NCBI GenBank assembly: GCA_035193785.1 | Contig: CP136572.1 | Coordinates: 1,408,001-1,472,000 of the forward strand | Direction: 5' to 3' | Length of the DNA: 64,000 nt | From: Planktothrix sp. GU0601_MAG3 | GTDB taxonomy: Bacteria > Cyanobacteriota > Cyanobacteriia > Cyanobacteriales > Microcoleaceae | Shown: positions 1 through 11,474 of the stretch, one piece after another | Layout of the letters: the number at the start of each line of letters is the position of its first letter | How positions within the stretch are numbered: position 1 is the stretch's first letter | The notes under the pieces: model-generated | What the model saw: only the letters and a program-made list of their open reading frames with translations | Databases searched by the model: none | Told to the model about the DNA's origin: nothing | Position numbers and translations under genes: made by a program

Positions 1-209
1 AAGGTTGCGGTACATTCGGTTAGGGGAGTTTGTACCGTTGTTTCTAGGGTCGGTAACCAGTCCCTCGCCGCTTCATAAGTCAACCAACGTCCTAACTCCG
101 TCATCGCCGTCCGAAATAAACCCGGAGGAGTCGCTTGGTCACGAGCAACCCCTAACCAATGTTTAATCAGGGGATGGGGGGGGACATAAATACGCAGTTG
201 AGGGGCCAT
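1..209 (-). CDS. upp: uracil phosphoribosyltransferase, 5' part (runs off window)
   Basis: Manual translation from ATG at 209: MAPQLRIYVPPHPLIKHWLGVARDQATPPGLFRTAMTELGRWLTYEAARDWLPT, the typical cyanobacterial Upp N-terminus. Confidence 0.9.
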   Translation of the reverse strand, partial: MAPQLRIYVPPHPLIKHWLGVARDQATPPGLFRTAMTELGRWLTYEAARDWLPTLETTVQTPLTECTAT

Positions 210-325
210 ATCAAAACTGTTGGAAATTCTCAACCATCATCCCATAACATTGCTAGGCTATTGTGAAAGGTTTTTAAATTATCTTTGACAGATTAAAATA
301 TTGTTCTGCTTTGAGAGTAACGATT

Positions 326-1792
326 ATGAAAGCAATTATGATTGTGGGAACGACTTCCCACGCCGGAAAATCGATGATGGTTACGGCTATTTGTCGCATT
401 CTACATCGTCGGGGGGTGCGAGTTGCACCGTTTAAAGGACAAAATATGGCCCTCAATTCCTATGTTTCTCCGGCGGGGGCGGAAATGGGTTATGCTCAGG
501 CGGTGCAGGCGTGGGCGGCGGGGGTTACTCCTTCGGTGACGATGAATCCGATTTTATTGAAACCCCAAGGAAATATGACCTCTCAGGTGATTTTTAAGGG
601 GAAACCGGTGGGGGTTGTTAAAGCCAGTGATTATTATGAACAATATTTTGATCGGGGTTGGGAAGCCATTACCGAATGTTTAGAATATTTAACCCAAGAA
701 TTTGATATTTTAGTTTGTGAAGGGGCGGGAAGTCCGGCGGAAATTAATCTCAAACATCGAGATTTAACTAATATGCGGGTGGCTAAATATTTGAATGCGA
801 AAACTTTATTAGTAGTTGATATTGATCGGGGTGGGGCTTTTGCCCATGTTGTGGGAACTTTACAATTATTAGAACCCGATGAACGAGGGTTAATTTGTGG
901 TATTGTGATTAATAAATTTAGGGGACAGCGATCGCTCTTAGAATCTGGGATAAAATGGTTAGAGGAATATACGAAAATTCCTGTAGTTGCCGTGATTCCT
1001 TGGATTGATAATCCGTTTCCCGCAGAGGATTCTTTAAGTTTATTAGATCGCCCTTCTGGTTCTCCCCAAACGGAATTAACCATTGCCGTGATCCGTTTTC
1101 CTCGGATTTCTAATTTCACCGATTTTGATCCTTTGGACTCGGAATCAACCGTCGGTATTAAGTATGTTAACCCAGGGGAATATTTAGGACATCCCGATGC
1201 TGTAATTCTTCCCGGTTCTAAAACTACTATATCGGATTTGCAAGTATTAAAAGAATCGGGAATGGCAGATCAAATTAAAAATTATATTAAAGCCGGGGGA
1301 CAAGTTATGGGAATTTGTGGCGGTTATCAAATGTTAGGAAAAGTGGTATCCGATCCCTATGGTTTGGAGGGAGAGCAAGGAGATTATGAAGGCTTAGGAT
1401 TATTAGCCATGAAAACAGTAATTTCCAATCAAAAAATCTCCCGTCAACGGTTAGTAACTTCTAATTATCCCCAGAAAAATTTACCCGTTGAAGGCTATGA
1501 AATTCATCAGGGAAGAACTCAACTCCTAGATGCTGATGATATTTTTCCTTTATTTGATGACCAAAATTTAGGATATGTCAATGGTCAAAAATCTATTTGG
1601 GGTCATTATTTACATGGGATTTTTGATAATGGATCTTGGAGACGAACCTGGCTAAATCATCTCAGAAAAGCCAGGGGTTTAAATCCTTTACCTACTGGTA
1701 TTGCTAATTATCGAGAACAGCGAGAAATATTATTAGATGTATTAGCAGATACGGTAGAATCTCATTTAGATATGAAATCTATTTTGAGTTAA
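326..1792 (+). CDS. cobQ: cobyric acid synthase
   Basis: MKAIMIVGTTSHAGKS, FKGQNMALNS, EGAGSPAEINL, ISNFTDFDPL, GICGGYQMLG and YLHGIFDN motifs. Confidence 0.97.
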   Translation: MKAIMIVGTTSHAGKSMMVTAICRILHRRGVRVAPFKGQNMALNSYVSPAGAEMGYAQAVQAWAAGVTPSVTMNPILLKPQGNMTSQVIFKGKPVGVVKASDYYEQYFDRGWEAITECLEYLTQEFDILVCEGAGSPAEINLKHRDLTNMRVAKYLNAKTLLVVDIDRGGAFAHVVGTLQLLEPDERGLICGIVINKFRGQRSLLESGIKWLEEYTKIPVVAVIPWIDNPFPAEDSLSLLDRPSGSPQTELTIAVIRFPRISNFTDFDPLDSESTVGIKYVNPGEYLGHPDAVILPGSKTTISDLQVLKESGMADQIKNYIKAGGQVMGICGGYQMLGKVVSDPYGLEGEQGDYEGLGLLAMKTVISNQKISRQRLVTSNYPQKNLPVEGYEIHQGRTQLLDADDIFPLFDDQNLGYVNGQKSIWGHYLHGIFDNGSWRRTWLNHLRKARGLNPLPTGIANYREQREILLDVLADTVESHLDMKSILS

Positions 1793-1831
1793 GTTGTAAA
1801 AAAATCTAATTCTTAATGATGAAAGTTTGTT

Positions 1832-2066
1832 ATGAAAATTCTTTTTTTGCCCGACGAAGTTACGATTGAAGCCCAGCCAGGAGAGCCTTTATTAGAAGTA
1901 GCAAAACGAGCAGGTGTGATGATTCCTACCGGGTGTTTAATGGGGTCTTGTCATGCTTGTGAAGTGGAAATAGACGAAGATAATTTTGTCTGTGCTTGTA
2001 TTTCTGCTGTTTCCCCCCGGGAAAACTGAAATGACTATTAATATTTATAGTGATCCAACTTGGTAG
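1832..2066 (+). CDS. small 2Fe-2S ferredoxin-like protein (apparent +1 frameshift at 2009-2013)
   Basis: GCLMGSCHAC...C motif; removing one T from GTTTC gives the C-terminus VPPGKTEMTINIYSDPTW*. Confidence 0.85.
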
Positions 2067-2072
2067 GATATT

Positions 2073-2301
2073 GGGTAATTACGAATTACGAATTACGAAT
2101 TACGAATGGGTAATGGGTAATGGGTAATGGGTAATGGGTAATGGGTAATGGGTTTTGGGTAATGGGTAATGGGTTTTGGGTTTTGGGTAATGGGTTTTGG
2201 GTAATGGGTTTTGGGTAATGGGTTTTGGGTAATGGGTAATGGGTAATGGGTAATGGGTAATGGGTTTTGGGTTTTGGGTAATGGGTTTTGGGTAATGGGT
2301 A
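2073..2301. repeat. STRR heptamer array (ACGAATT, then GGGTAAT/GGGTTTT)
   Basis: Directly visible tandem heptamers. Confidence 0.95.
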
Positions 2302-2324
2302 ATAGAAAGAGTTTATCCCCCCGC

Positions 2325-2467
2325 CTCCCCTGCTCCCCCTGCTCCCCCTGCACCTCCTGCTCCCCCTGCTCCCCCTGCACCTCCTGCTCCCCCTGCTCCC
2401 CCTACTCCCCCTGCACCTCCTGCTCCCCCTGCTCCCCCTGCTCCCCCTGCTCCCCCTGCTCCCTGCT
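2325..2467. repeat. 9-mer tandem array (CCCCCTGCT variants)
   Basis: Directly visible tandem nonamers between convergent genes. Confidence 0.95.
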
Positions 2468-2519
2468 ATATCAAAAAAATAGGGATTGAGAAACCCAACC
2501 CCTACGGTTATTATTCACA

Positions 2520-3518
2520 CTAACTAGCCAAATATTCCCTAACTTGAGCTTTACGACGGCGCAGGTGGTTCAGGGCTTGGTTTTCCAGTTGACGAACCCG
2601 TTCACGACTGATGCTCATTTGCACCCCCACTTTAGACAGGGACATCTCCTTACCATCTTCCAACCCGTAACGCAGGGTAATTACTTCCCGTTGTTGGGCG
2701 GTTAAGTCCGCCAGTAAATTTTTCAAGTCCTGACGCAGTAACTCTTGAGTCACAAAAGCATCGGCGGAGGTATTATGATCTTCGAGGAGATCTTGCAATT
2801 CCGTATCTTGATTATCCCCTACCCGCAAGTCCAAAGACACGGGAAGACGGGACGCCAACAGATAATCCCGAATTTGAGCCGGGTCTAAGTCTAACGCTTG
2901 AGCAATTTCCCCCGGGGTGGCGTTGCGTCCCAATTTTTGGACTAACTCCCGTTGAACTTTTTTAATTTTGTTCAGTTTTTCGGTAATATGGATGGGCAGA
3001 CGAATGGTGCGAGAAGTTTGGGCAATGGCACGGGTAATGGCTTGACGAATCCACCAGTAAGCATAGGTAGAGAACTTATACCCCCGCATGGGATCAAATT
3101 TTTCCACACCCCGTTCTAAACCCAGGGTTCCTTCTTGGATTAAATCCAAAAATTCCATGTTGCGTTTTTGATATTTCTTCGCAATGGACACCACTAAACG
3201 CAAGTTAGCTTCGATCATTTTTTGCTTGGCGCGGCGTCCTTTTTGTATGAGGGTTTGAAGTTCCTCTGGACTCATTTGCGCCGCCTCAGACCATTCTGGC
3301 TGACTCGGTTCCCGACCCAGTTGTTCTGCGAGAGTATTTTTCACTTCCAACTGTTGCATCATGGTCTGTACCTGCTTACCGTAGGTAATCTCCTGTTCTC
3401 GGGTCAGTAAAGGAACCCGCCCAATTTCATGCAAATAGGTACGAACCGCGTCGGTGGTTGCAGGTCGAGTGCTTCTGGAAGCCATTTGCTCTTTGTATGT
3501 AGTATTGACAGTTGGCAT
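2520..3518 (-). CDS. group 2 RNA polymerase sigma factor (SigB-like)
   Basis: DAVRTYLHEIGRVPLLT, ANLRLVVSIAKKY, DLIQEG, GYKFSTYAYWWIRQAITRAI, SRERVRQLE; no region 1.1. Confidence 0.93.
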   Translation of the reverse strand: MPTVNTTYKEQMASRSTRPATTDAVRTYLHEIGRVPLLTREQEITYGKQVQTMMQQLEVKNTLAEQLGREPSQPEWSEAAQMSPEELQTLIQKGRRAKQKMIEANLRLVVSIAKKYQKRNMEFLDLIQEGTLGLERGVEKFDPMRGYKFSTYAYWWIRQAITRAIAQTSRTIRLPIHITEKLNKIKKVQRELVQKLGRNATPGEIAQALDLDPAQIRDYLLASRLPVSLDLRVGDNQDTELQDLLEDHNTSADAFVTQELLRQDLKNLLADLTAQQREVITLRYGLEDGKEMSLSKVGVQMSISRERVRQLENQALNHLRRRKAQVREYLAS

Positions 3519-3779
3519 GACTATGAATTACACTCCTAAAAACAGAATTTACAGGGGTAGCAGATTTTTTTCATCTCTCTACAGGAGGTTCCACAGGAAT
3601 CGACAACAAAGGCTCCCCCGCACTTTGGTTCTGGGAAGGACTCCAACTTTTGTCTGTCTCCGTAAAGACGAATTCTGTCCTATCTTTACTTTTCGTTGCG
3701 ATTAAATAGAGGGTTACTCTCCAGGGCCTAGGGCTAATATTTCCCTATATGTTTCTATCGTTTTTTCCTAGTATTCCCT

Positions 3780-3920
3780 AAAGCTGCATTACCTAATCAG
3801 GCTGTGAGGCTGCCGGGTCGCCAACCGAGAATCGGTTTAGACAACGGAATCTGTTTTAACCTCCATCTCCTACTCCTGGTTCGGAGGGAACTTAGTTTCT
3901 TCGACGTTAGTACACGTCCT
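3780..3920 (-). ncRNA. ssrS: probable 6S RNA (SsaA/SsrS); ends approximate
   Basis: Minus-strand AAGAAACTAAGTTCCCTCCGAACCAGGAGTAGGAGATGGAGG...GGTTGGCGACCCGGCAGCCTCACAGCCTGATTAGG resembles cyanobacterial 6S RNA as I recall it; the ends are partly complementary; TTGACT and TGTCATAAT promoter-like elements lie just upstream. No covariance search was run. Confidence 0.6.
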
Positions 3921-4309
3921 TACAAGATTATGACATATAACTAGGGTTAAAAGTCAAGGGCTTCATGGCAAGACCTCCAATTCTAGCTGATTTTATTAAC
4001 ATAATTTCATCATGCCCTGATGCTTGGGATAGTACAACTGTAGTAATTGAGTAATAACCGAACTTTCGGGTATCGGTTGAAGGGTGTATAGGTTTCTCCC
4101 ATACCCCTTAACCCAACTTTTGACAGCGAATAAGTTAGACTACAGCGAGATTGGGACTGATTACCGAAAATTTTTCGGTAAATTGACTATCACCCAATAA
4201 AGGTGGTGTATAGGAGGAAGTACCCATTTGTAATTAATTTTGTTTAGGTACTTAGTTTTATTTTCAATAATAAATATTAAAAATGTATTAATTTGGGGGT
4301 TTCCAAATT

Positions 4310-6059
4310 TTAAAACCCTAAATCATCTTTTGCTAAAGCCGCCGCTTTTAATACCTTTTCATCGGATTCTTGTGTCCAATCAGTTTCTCCAATTTCCTGA
4401 TAAAATGTTTGATCATAGGGACGGGTGCGAACTACAACGGGCATCGGGACAGCATGACCTAAGACTAATGCTTGTTGTTTGGAATCCAATTTTGATAACA
4501 CCGACCGCAAACTTTGCCCCCCAGAAACCCCGGTAAAAATCGCATCAATATCTTTATCATCATTTAATAAAGCGGTAATTCGAGTGCCGACTTGAGACAT
4601 GACTTCTGCATCAATACCAGAGGGACGCTGATCAACAATTAATAGGGTAACAAAATATTTTCGCATCTCCCGGGCAATAGTTCCAAAAATAGTAGAACGT
4701 ACAATAGATGGATCTAAAAAACGGTGGGCTTCTTCAATAGTAATTACCAATTGGGTCGGACGGTCTACGGGATTTTTAGAGGCTAAAAAATTCTCGGCTT
4801 TTTTAACGTAAGCATGATGAATCCGGCGAGTTATCATGTTAGTTACTAACATATAGGATAGCATATCAGACTGCGATCCAAACTCCACTACAACGTTTTT
4901 TCCCGCGTCCAAAGATTGTAATATTCTATCTACATAATTAAACGGACAGGTGGGACGCATATATTTTAAATTATCCATCCGTAGTAATTTCCGTTGGAGT
5001 GCCATAATTGAACCTTTATGTCCCCGACGTTCATCACAAAATAGTTGAATTTCTTCATTAGTCATGGATAATAATTGAGAAATCCAAGAGGAGCCAAATT
5101 CACTACGGAGAATATTAGCATTATCAATACTTGCTTCGGAAAGATTTAATTCCCGTTGCACTAACATAATATCTTCTACCTCAATTTGAGCATAGCTTAA
5201 ATATAATTCCTGTGCATCTTTAATCCCTCGCCGTCGGCTAGATTCTGGATCAAGGGTATACACTTCTACCTGACCAGGAAACAGTTGTCTTAACCCTTTA
5301 ACTGTACTAAATTGTTTGCCCTCCGATACCGCTTCCCAACCATACTCGGAGTGCATATCAAAGATTAAATTAACGGCGGCTTTCTTCTTAATAATTCCCG
5401 ATAATAATAATCGGGTTAAAAAGGATTTTCCGGTTCCTGATTTGCCAAAAATTCCATTACTGCGTTCTACAAACCGATCTAAATCTAAACAAACTGGCAC
5501 ATCCATATCTAGGGGTTTACCGATGGCAAAATTGCGCCGGGTGGGGTCATCTTCCCAACCAAAAATGATTCTGAAATCCCGTTCGCTGGCTTCATAAACC
5601 TGGGAAAAATGCACGGGAATGGTTTTTACTGGTAATAGTTCAATTTCGCTGTTATTGGTTTGGGTTTGGAAGGAAGCTATCGCGGATTTTCCATTATTTT
5701 TACTCACTTTTTGTTGCTGTTGACCGACAACACGAATTATTTCTTCTTCTCGTTCTGAAACTTCCTGACTTAACATTAACATCGGACTGAGTTCAACGGT
5801 TCCGTAGGTACTATTTCCGGCTAGAATAGCCTGTAAAAAATCATCATCGGGGTGAGGGGGGTTGGCGATAATTCGCAAGCTGGAGGTTTCCTAAAGAGAC
5901 ATCGGTTAATAAACAGAAAAAATGCGATCGCTTTCCCCGCACGACTAAAAATTTTCCCACCCGCATTTCTTCCACCGATACATCGGGATGTAAGCGAACT
6001 TCCAAACCTTTTGTTAAGGAACCTTGAATTACAGAACCCAGGGGTTTTTCAGTAGTCAT
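4310..6059 (-). CDS. HerA-like (HAS-barrel + DUF87) ATPase (apparent frameshift at 5886-5890)
   Basis: N-terminal GSVIQGSL barrel, Walker A GKSGTGKS, IFDMHSEYG, IEEAHRF, IAREMRKY, DQRPS. Confidence 0.85.
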
Positions 6060-6242
6060 AGTGCAGTTTTTGGGGGGTTAGCAACGGGTAACTTTGGTTA
6101 CGCATTGGGGGTTTATAGCGGGTTGTTGTATTGTTCATACTGCAACATTTTGCCATAAAATTAATTACAACTTACATTTTACAATAAGAATGTTTATTGT
6201 TTTTCGTCAAGAGATTGAGAGGGCTAAAGCCCTCACTACGGT

Positions 6243-7963
6243 TTATTGAGATGAAAAACTATAAATGGTTTGGGGTTGTAACTGTTGACAAATAGAGGAG
6301 GGAAGTTGAGTTAGGGGAAATTGTTTCCGATGGAGTTGGACTTGTAAATTGGTTAGGGGATCGACCCCGGAAGAAATGATAAATTGTAGTTTTTGGAGAT
6401 GGGGCCATTGGGTAATTTGATCTAAAATTTGGGTAACGGCTTTTAGGTAGGGATGATCCAATTGTTGATACCAATGGGGATCGGCGACTCCGGCTTGATC
6501 AAAGCCTAAATTAACGATTAATTGTGCTTGATCAAATAGGGCGATCGCCACGGGTCGAGCTTCTTCTTGTAATAATAAATCATTGGTTTTGGCTAAAAAT
6601 CTTAATTTTTCTAACCGTTCATAACTGCTGAGAATTGAAGTTTGATTCCGTTTTGATTCCATATATTCTGCTTCTGGATTTGCCGTTAAAGGTTGGGATT
6701 CATCCCAATTAATAGCCACGGTAATTAGGTAGGTTTGTAATAATAAATGCCCTAGTTTTTGAGCTTTTGTCGCCAAATAAACCGTATTATAATCCGTGGC
6801 TTCAATAATTAGGGGAACCCGATCCACAATTTCAATCCCATAGCCTTTTAACCCGGCAATTTTACGCGGATTATTAGTAATTAAACGGATTTGACGTACT
6901 CCCAAATCATTCAGCATTTGCGCCCCCATGCCATAATCCCGTAAGTCAGGGGCAAATCCTAACCTTTCATTGGCTTCAACGGTATCGAATCCAATATCCT
7001 GCAAAGAATAGGCTTTAATCTTATTAATTAATCCAATGCCGCGCCCTTCTTGGCGGAGATAAACAATCACCCCTGACCCAGCATAATCAATCATTTTCAT
7101 GGCTGTTTGTAACTGCATTCGACAGTCACAACGCAAAGATCCAAAGGAATCTCCGGTTAAACATTCGGAGTGAAACCCGCACCATTACGGGCATTTCTTT
7201 TAACTTTTCAATATCACCTTTAACTAATGCAATATGTTCGGTATTATCTAAGGAATTACGATAGGCATAAATTTTAAAATCCCCAAATTGTGTCGGCAAT
7301 TGAGCCACGGTTTCCCGATACACAAAACGGTCATGTTTGAGGCGATAACTAATTAAATCCGCAATCGTAATTAATTTTAAATTGTGAACTTTAGCATATT
7401 CAATTAATTCGGGAAGTCGCGCCATTGACCCGTCGGGATTTTGAATTTCACAAATCACGCCCCCAGGATACAACCCCGCCAACCGAGATAAATCAACGGC
7501 GGCTTCCGTATGTCCCGCCCGTTTTAATACCCCGCCATCCTTAGCCCGCAGGGGGAAAATATGGCCCGGACGTCGTAAATCTTCGGGACGACAGGCGGGG
7601 TTAATGGCGATTTGAATGGTGCGGGCGCGGTCATCGGCGGAAATTCCCGTGGAAACTCCCATTTGAGGGGAGGCATCAATACTAACGGTGAAGGCGGTTT
7701 GGTTGGCGTCGGTGTTTTTTGTCACCATTAAGGGCAAGTCTAACTGATCCAGACGTTCTCCAGTTAGGGCCAAACAAATTAATCCCCGGGCGTACACCGC
7801 CATGAAGTTAATCATATCGGGGGTGGCAAATTGGGCGGCACAAATTAGGTCGCCTTCGTTTTCGCGGTGTTTCATCGTCCACCACGACGACACAGTGCCC
7901 GGCTTTCAGATCAGCTAAGGCGGTTTCTATAGTGTCGAATTGGTAAGGGTTTTTAGGTAGCAC
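6243..7963 (-). CDS. ribBA: bifunctional DHBP synthase / GTP cyclohydrolase II (apparent frameshifts at 7172 and 7869)
   Basis: [44 protein letters not shown] motifs. Confidence 0.95.
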
Positions 7964-8038
7964 GGACTCGTTCAAAATCGTTTTCTCATCAACGCTGATT
8001 CATTAATTGTAACGCTGTTGACGAATTGAGATCGCATT

Positions 8039-8242
8039 CTAACTGAAAGGGAGAGGTTGAGTTTCGCCAAAAAATAAAGCAGCTTGTTTTTGAGTCCATC
8101 CTTTTGTCTGAATAAAGTGTTTAATAGTTAACATGAGATCAGCGCGTATTTTTAGATTGAGAGCTTCTTCTGGCGCAAAGCCTAAATCTTCAAATACATT
8201 AGTGCGACCTTGAATAATTTCGGGAACTTGATTCTGGCTCAT
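8039..8242 (-). pseudogene. truncated HigA-like XRE/HTH antitoxin
   Basis: NVFEDLGF..EEALNLKIRADL and WTQKQAA...GETQP; stops inside the HTH; no toxin partner upstream. Confidence 0.7.
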
Positions 8243-8275
8243 TTATCCATTCCTTACTAGATTTAGGAGTTCAGC

Positions 8276-8494
8276 ATGGAAACAATTACGATTAACGTTG
8301 ATTATGAAGTAGCTAAAGCTTATCGGGAAGCAGCGCCCAATCAACAGCAAAAAATTCAAAGATTGGTCAATGATTTACTTAAGCAAATGATTCAAGAAAA
8401 AACCCTTGATCAGATTGTACAACAAATGCAAACAGAAGCCAAAAATAATGGTTTAACTCAAGAAATATTAGACGATATTCTGCACAATGGATAA
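8276..8494 (+). CDS. putative antitoxin of PIN toxin
   Basis: 72 aa, overlaps the downstream PIN gene; paralog of 27794-28012. Confidence 0.75.
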   Translation: METITINVDYEVAKAYREAAPNQQQKIQRLVNDLLKQMIQEKTLDQIVQQMQTEAKNNGLTQEILDDILHNG

Positions 8495-8900
8495 ATTAAG
8501 ATTTGTCATTGATACTAATGTCTTAGTTAGTAGTATTCTCATTGCTTCATCTCCTTCAGATAGGGCTTTAAAAAAAGTCAGAAGTTTAGGAGATATTTTG
8601 TTTGCGGAAACTACTTTTCAAGAATTACAAGAAATTTTAAATCGTCCCAAATTTGATCGCTATGTTTCCTTTAATATTCGCCTGCAATTTTTAGCCAAAA
8701 TCAAGCTGGAATCAGAAGAAGTTACCATTATTGAAAATATTAAAATTTGTCGAGATGAAAAAGATGATAAATTTCTTGAAGTTGCTGTTAATGGTAACGC
8801 CAACTACTTGATTACAGGAGACAAAGATTTATTGGTATTAAACCCATTTCGAGATATTAATATTATTGCTGTCAATGAATTTTTAACTAGGTTTAATTGA
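8487..8900 (+). CDS. PIN-domain (VapC-like) toxin
   Basis: VIDTNVLVS, CRDEKDDKFLEVA, LITGDKDLL. Confidence 0.9.
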   Translation: MDKLRFVIDTNVLVSSILIASSPSDRALKKVRSLGDILFAETTFQELQEILNRPKFDRYVSFNIRLQFLAKIKLESEEVTIIENIKICRDEKDDKFLEVAVNGNANYLITGDKDLLVLNPFRDINIIAVNEFLTRFN

Positions 8901-8935
8901 TCATTTTGAATAATAACGGCAATAAAGATCTAACT

Positions 8936-10238
8936 CTACACCCCTTTTCTTCCCTCAATAGCAAGTAACGCACTACCATAGGCGGCTTCTGTATGAATAG
9001 AATTAACCATATTAACGTTTAAATAGCGCTGACGAATGGCTGTCCAAACGGGATTTTTTGACCCGCCTCCGGCGGTATAAACTTGGGTTAGGGGAGGGGC
9101 TCCAAGTTGTTGTAAAAGTTGATAACCTTGGGCTTCAATTTTGGCAATTCCTTCTAATAAACCCTGGAGAAATTCAACAGAATTATTGGGACGGGGTTGG
9201 AGACGGGGAAGTAATTCGGGGTCGTTAATCGGGAAGCGATCGCCTTTTTTAATTAAGGGATAATAATTTAAGTTACTATTATAATTAGGGTTAATTTGAC
9301 TACTGAAATTTTCCAGTTCAATATCACTAAAAAATTGCCGTAAGACCGCCCCCCCGGTATTAGAAGCACCTCCAGTTAACCATAAATCTCCTAAACGATG
9401 GCTATAAATGCCGTATTTAGTATTATTTACAGGAGTATGACTGAGAAGTTTTAAGACTAAAGTAGAACCTAAAGATGTTACTGCTTCCCCTGGAATCTTG
9501 GCACCACTGGCTAAAAATGCAGCTATGCTATCGGTAGTTCCTGCACAGATAACACAGGTTTTAGGTAATTTTAACTGTTCTGCCATTTCGGGGGTAATGG
9601 TGGCAATTGGAGTTTCCGGGGGCAACTATATCAGGCAGTTTCAATAGGTTTAAATCCGTCAGGGATTGTAAACCATTAATTAACCAATTGGGATAGGTCA
9701 AATTCTCGACATCGTAGCCCAATTTTAAGCTATTATGATAATCACTAATCCCTAATTTTCCATGTAATAAAAATGCTAACCAATCGGCTTGATGCAAAAA
9801 ATAGCGGGGCGTAGATTTTGGGGATTTACTGTTGGTAGTTTCAACGGTTAACCACCAAATAAGTTTTGCCAAACTGGAAGTAGCACTGTTGACAATATGG
9901 TCGGGGGGAGCGATTTTTTTTAACAGTTCCAAGACAGTAACAGCCCGACTATCATTATATAGAATTGGGGATTGTACCGGAATGCCATTAGTATCACAAA
10001 GTAGCACGGTGGCAGAGGTTCCATTAATAGCGATCGCATCTATTTGACGGCGAAAATGTAACGGAATTTGTTCAATCACGTCAAACAGAGCGGTTTTCCA
10101 AAGGTAAACCCACTCAGAGGAGGGAGTTAACGGGGGGAAGGGAAATTGAGTTTGGGCTACCACTGTCCCTTGAGAATTAATGGTAATTGAACGGGCACCG
10201 GATGTCCCCAAATCAATCCCGATATAAAAATTAACCAT
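8936..10238 (-). CDS. FGGY-family carbohydrate kinase (apparent frameshift at 9612-9616)
   Basis: GIDLGTSGAR, GTTDSIAA, SLGSTL, GGASNTGG, AGGGSKN. Confidence 0.9.
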
Positions 10239-10465
10239 TGTTTCTATCTAGGTTCAATTCATATTTTTTTATTTATTGTACAATCATAGGTTTGTGAATT
10301 ATAAGGTGATTAGTTGTTTTGTTAAGTTTTAATAAAAATTGCGGAAGAAGTAAAATTCCTCTGGACATTTATTGCTCACAAAGTTATAACTCAAGAGTCG
10401 GTAGTTGAACTTTAATCGGATTAACTGCTGGCAATTGTACTGTTAATGCGTTAATCAGGGATTTT

Positions 10466-11124
10466 ATGGATACTCTTGCTTACAATCATCTCGTTTCTGC
10501 CTATGAGTCCCCTCGCCAAACCCATGTCAACGGGGATTTGGTACTATTCCGATGTGTGAATTGGAGTAAAATATCAACGGCTTGCTGGATGCCAATTGTG
10601 GCAACGGCTATTGGCTTGGCTGTGATGAGTGTAAGCCAACCCGCCAGTGCCGCCCTCTCCCGTGGCGATAGCGGTCAGAGTGTTAAAAGTGTTCAATATG
10701 CGTTGCAGAATTACGGCTATTTTAACGGCAGAGCAACGGGTTATTTTGGGTCGGCGACAAAACACTCCGTCATGGCTTTTCAACGGGATTATGGTTTAAA
10801 TCCCGATGGAATTGTTGGTCGGGCAACGGCATCGGCCCTTGGGGTTGGGAGTTATCACAAACCCAAGAAACATCACTATAGCAATGCTAGTTATGGTTGT
10901 AGTCATAGCTGCGGTGGCGGTAGTTTTCTCTGTCCCGTGGCGACAGTGGCCATCATGTCAAACAACTACAAAATCGTTTAGCAAATCTGGGTTATTTTAA
11001 TGCTAACTCCACGGGTTACTATGGCAAATTAACCGCTAGTGCTGTTAAATCCTTTCAATATAATTGTGGACTCTCGGCTGATGGAATTGCTGGCCCAGCA
11101 ACCCTAGCAGCATTAGGAATTTAG
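10466..11124 (+). CDS. peptidoglycan-binding domain protein with two PG_binding_1 domains (apparent +2 frameshift at 10923-10928)
   Basis: LSRGDSGQSV..VQ..L, GYFG.AT...V..FQ...GL.PDGIVG; second domain ends GLSADGIAGPATLAALGI*. Confidence 0.85.
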
Positions 11125-11248
11125 CTTCTTTTTGTAGAGACGTGCCACGGCGCGTCTCTCTGTTTCTTCTTTTTGTAGAGACGTGCCACGGCGCGTCTCT
11201 CTGTTTCTTCTTTTTGTAGAGACGTGCCACGGCGCGTCTCTCTGTTTC
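11125..11248. repeat. 3 x 41-bp tandem repeat carrying REP-like palindrome GTAGAGACGTGCCACGGCGCGTCTCT
   Basis: Palindrome starts at 11134, 11175 and 11216. Confidence 0.95.
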
Positions 11249-11281
11249 CAAAGATTTTGTATAAAAACAACAAATTCAATC

Positions 11282-11464
11282 GTTTTGTCTTTGATAGTTT
11301 GTCTGTACTTTCCTAGACCCTTGTGGAGACGCGCCATGGTTTTGTCTTTGATAGTTTGTCTGTACTTTCCTAGACCCTTGTGGAGACGCGCCATGGTTTT
11401 GTCTTTGATAGTTTGTCTGTACTTTCCTAGACCCTTGTGGAGACGCGCCATGGCACGTCTCTAC
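11282..11464. repeat. 3 x 57-bp tandem repeat ending in GTGGAGACGCGCCATGG (same REP-like family)
   Basis: Palindrome half starts at 11323, 11380 and 11437. Confidence 0.95.
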
Positions 11465-11474
11465 GGGGTTGATA

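Noticed and set aside
2093..2489. Low-complexity ORFs (PITHYP, SPCSPC); similar ones at 54281-54738 and 60032-60318
   Set aside because: Translations of intergenic 7/9-mer repeat arrays
4310..6059. HerA as part of an anti-phage system (Sir2-HerA, Nezha etc.)
   Set aside because: No partner effector gene adjacent; housekeeping context and ordinary composition
11125..11464. Possible CRISPR array
   Set aside because: Intervening sequences are identical rather than unique spacers; no cas genes in the window
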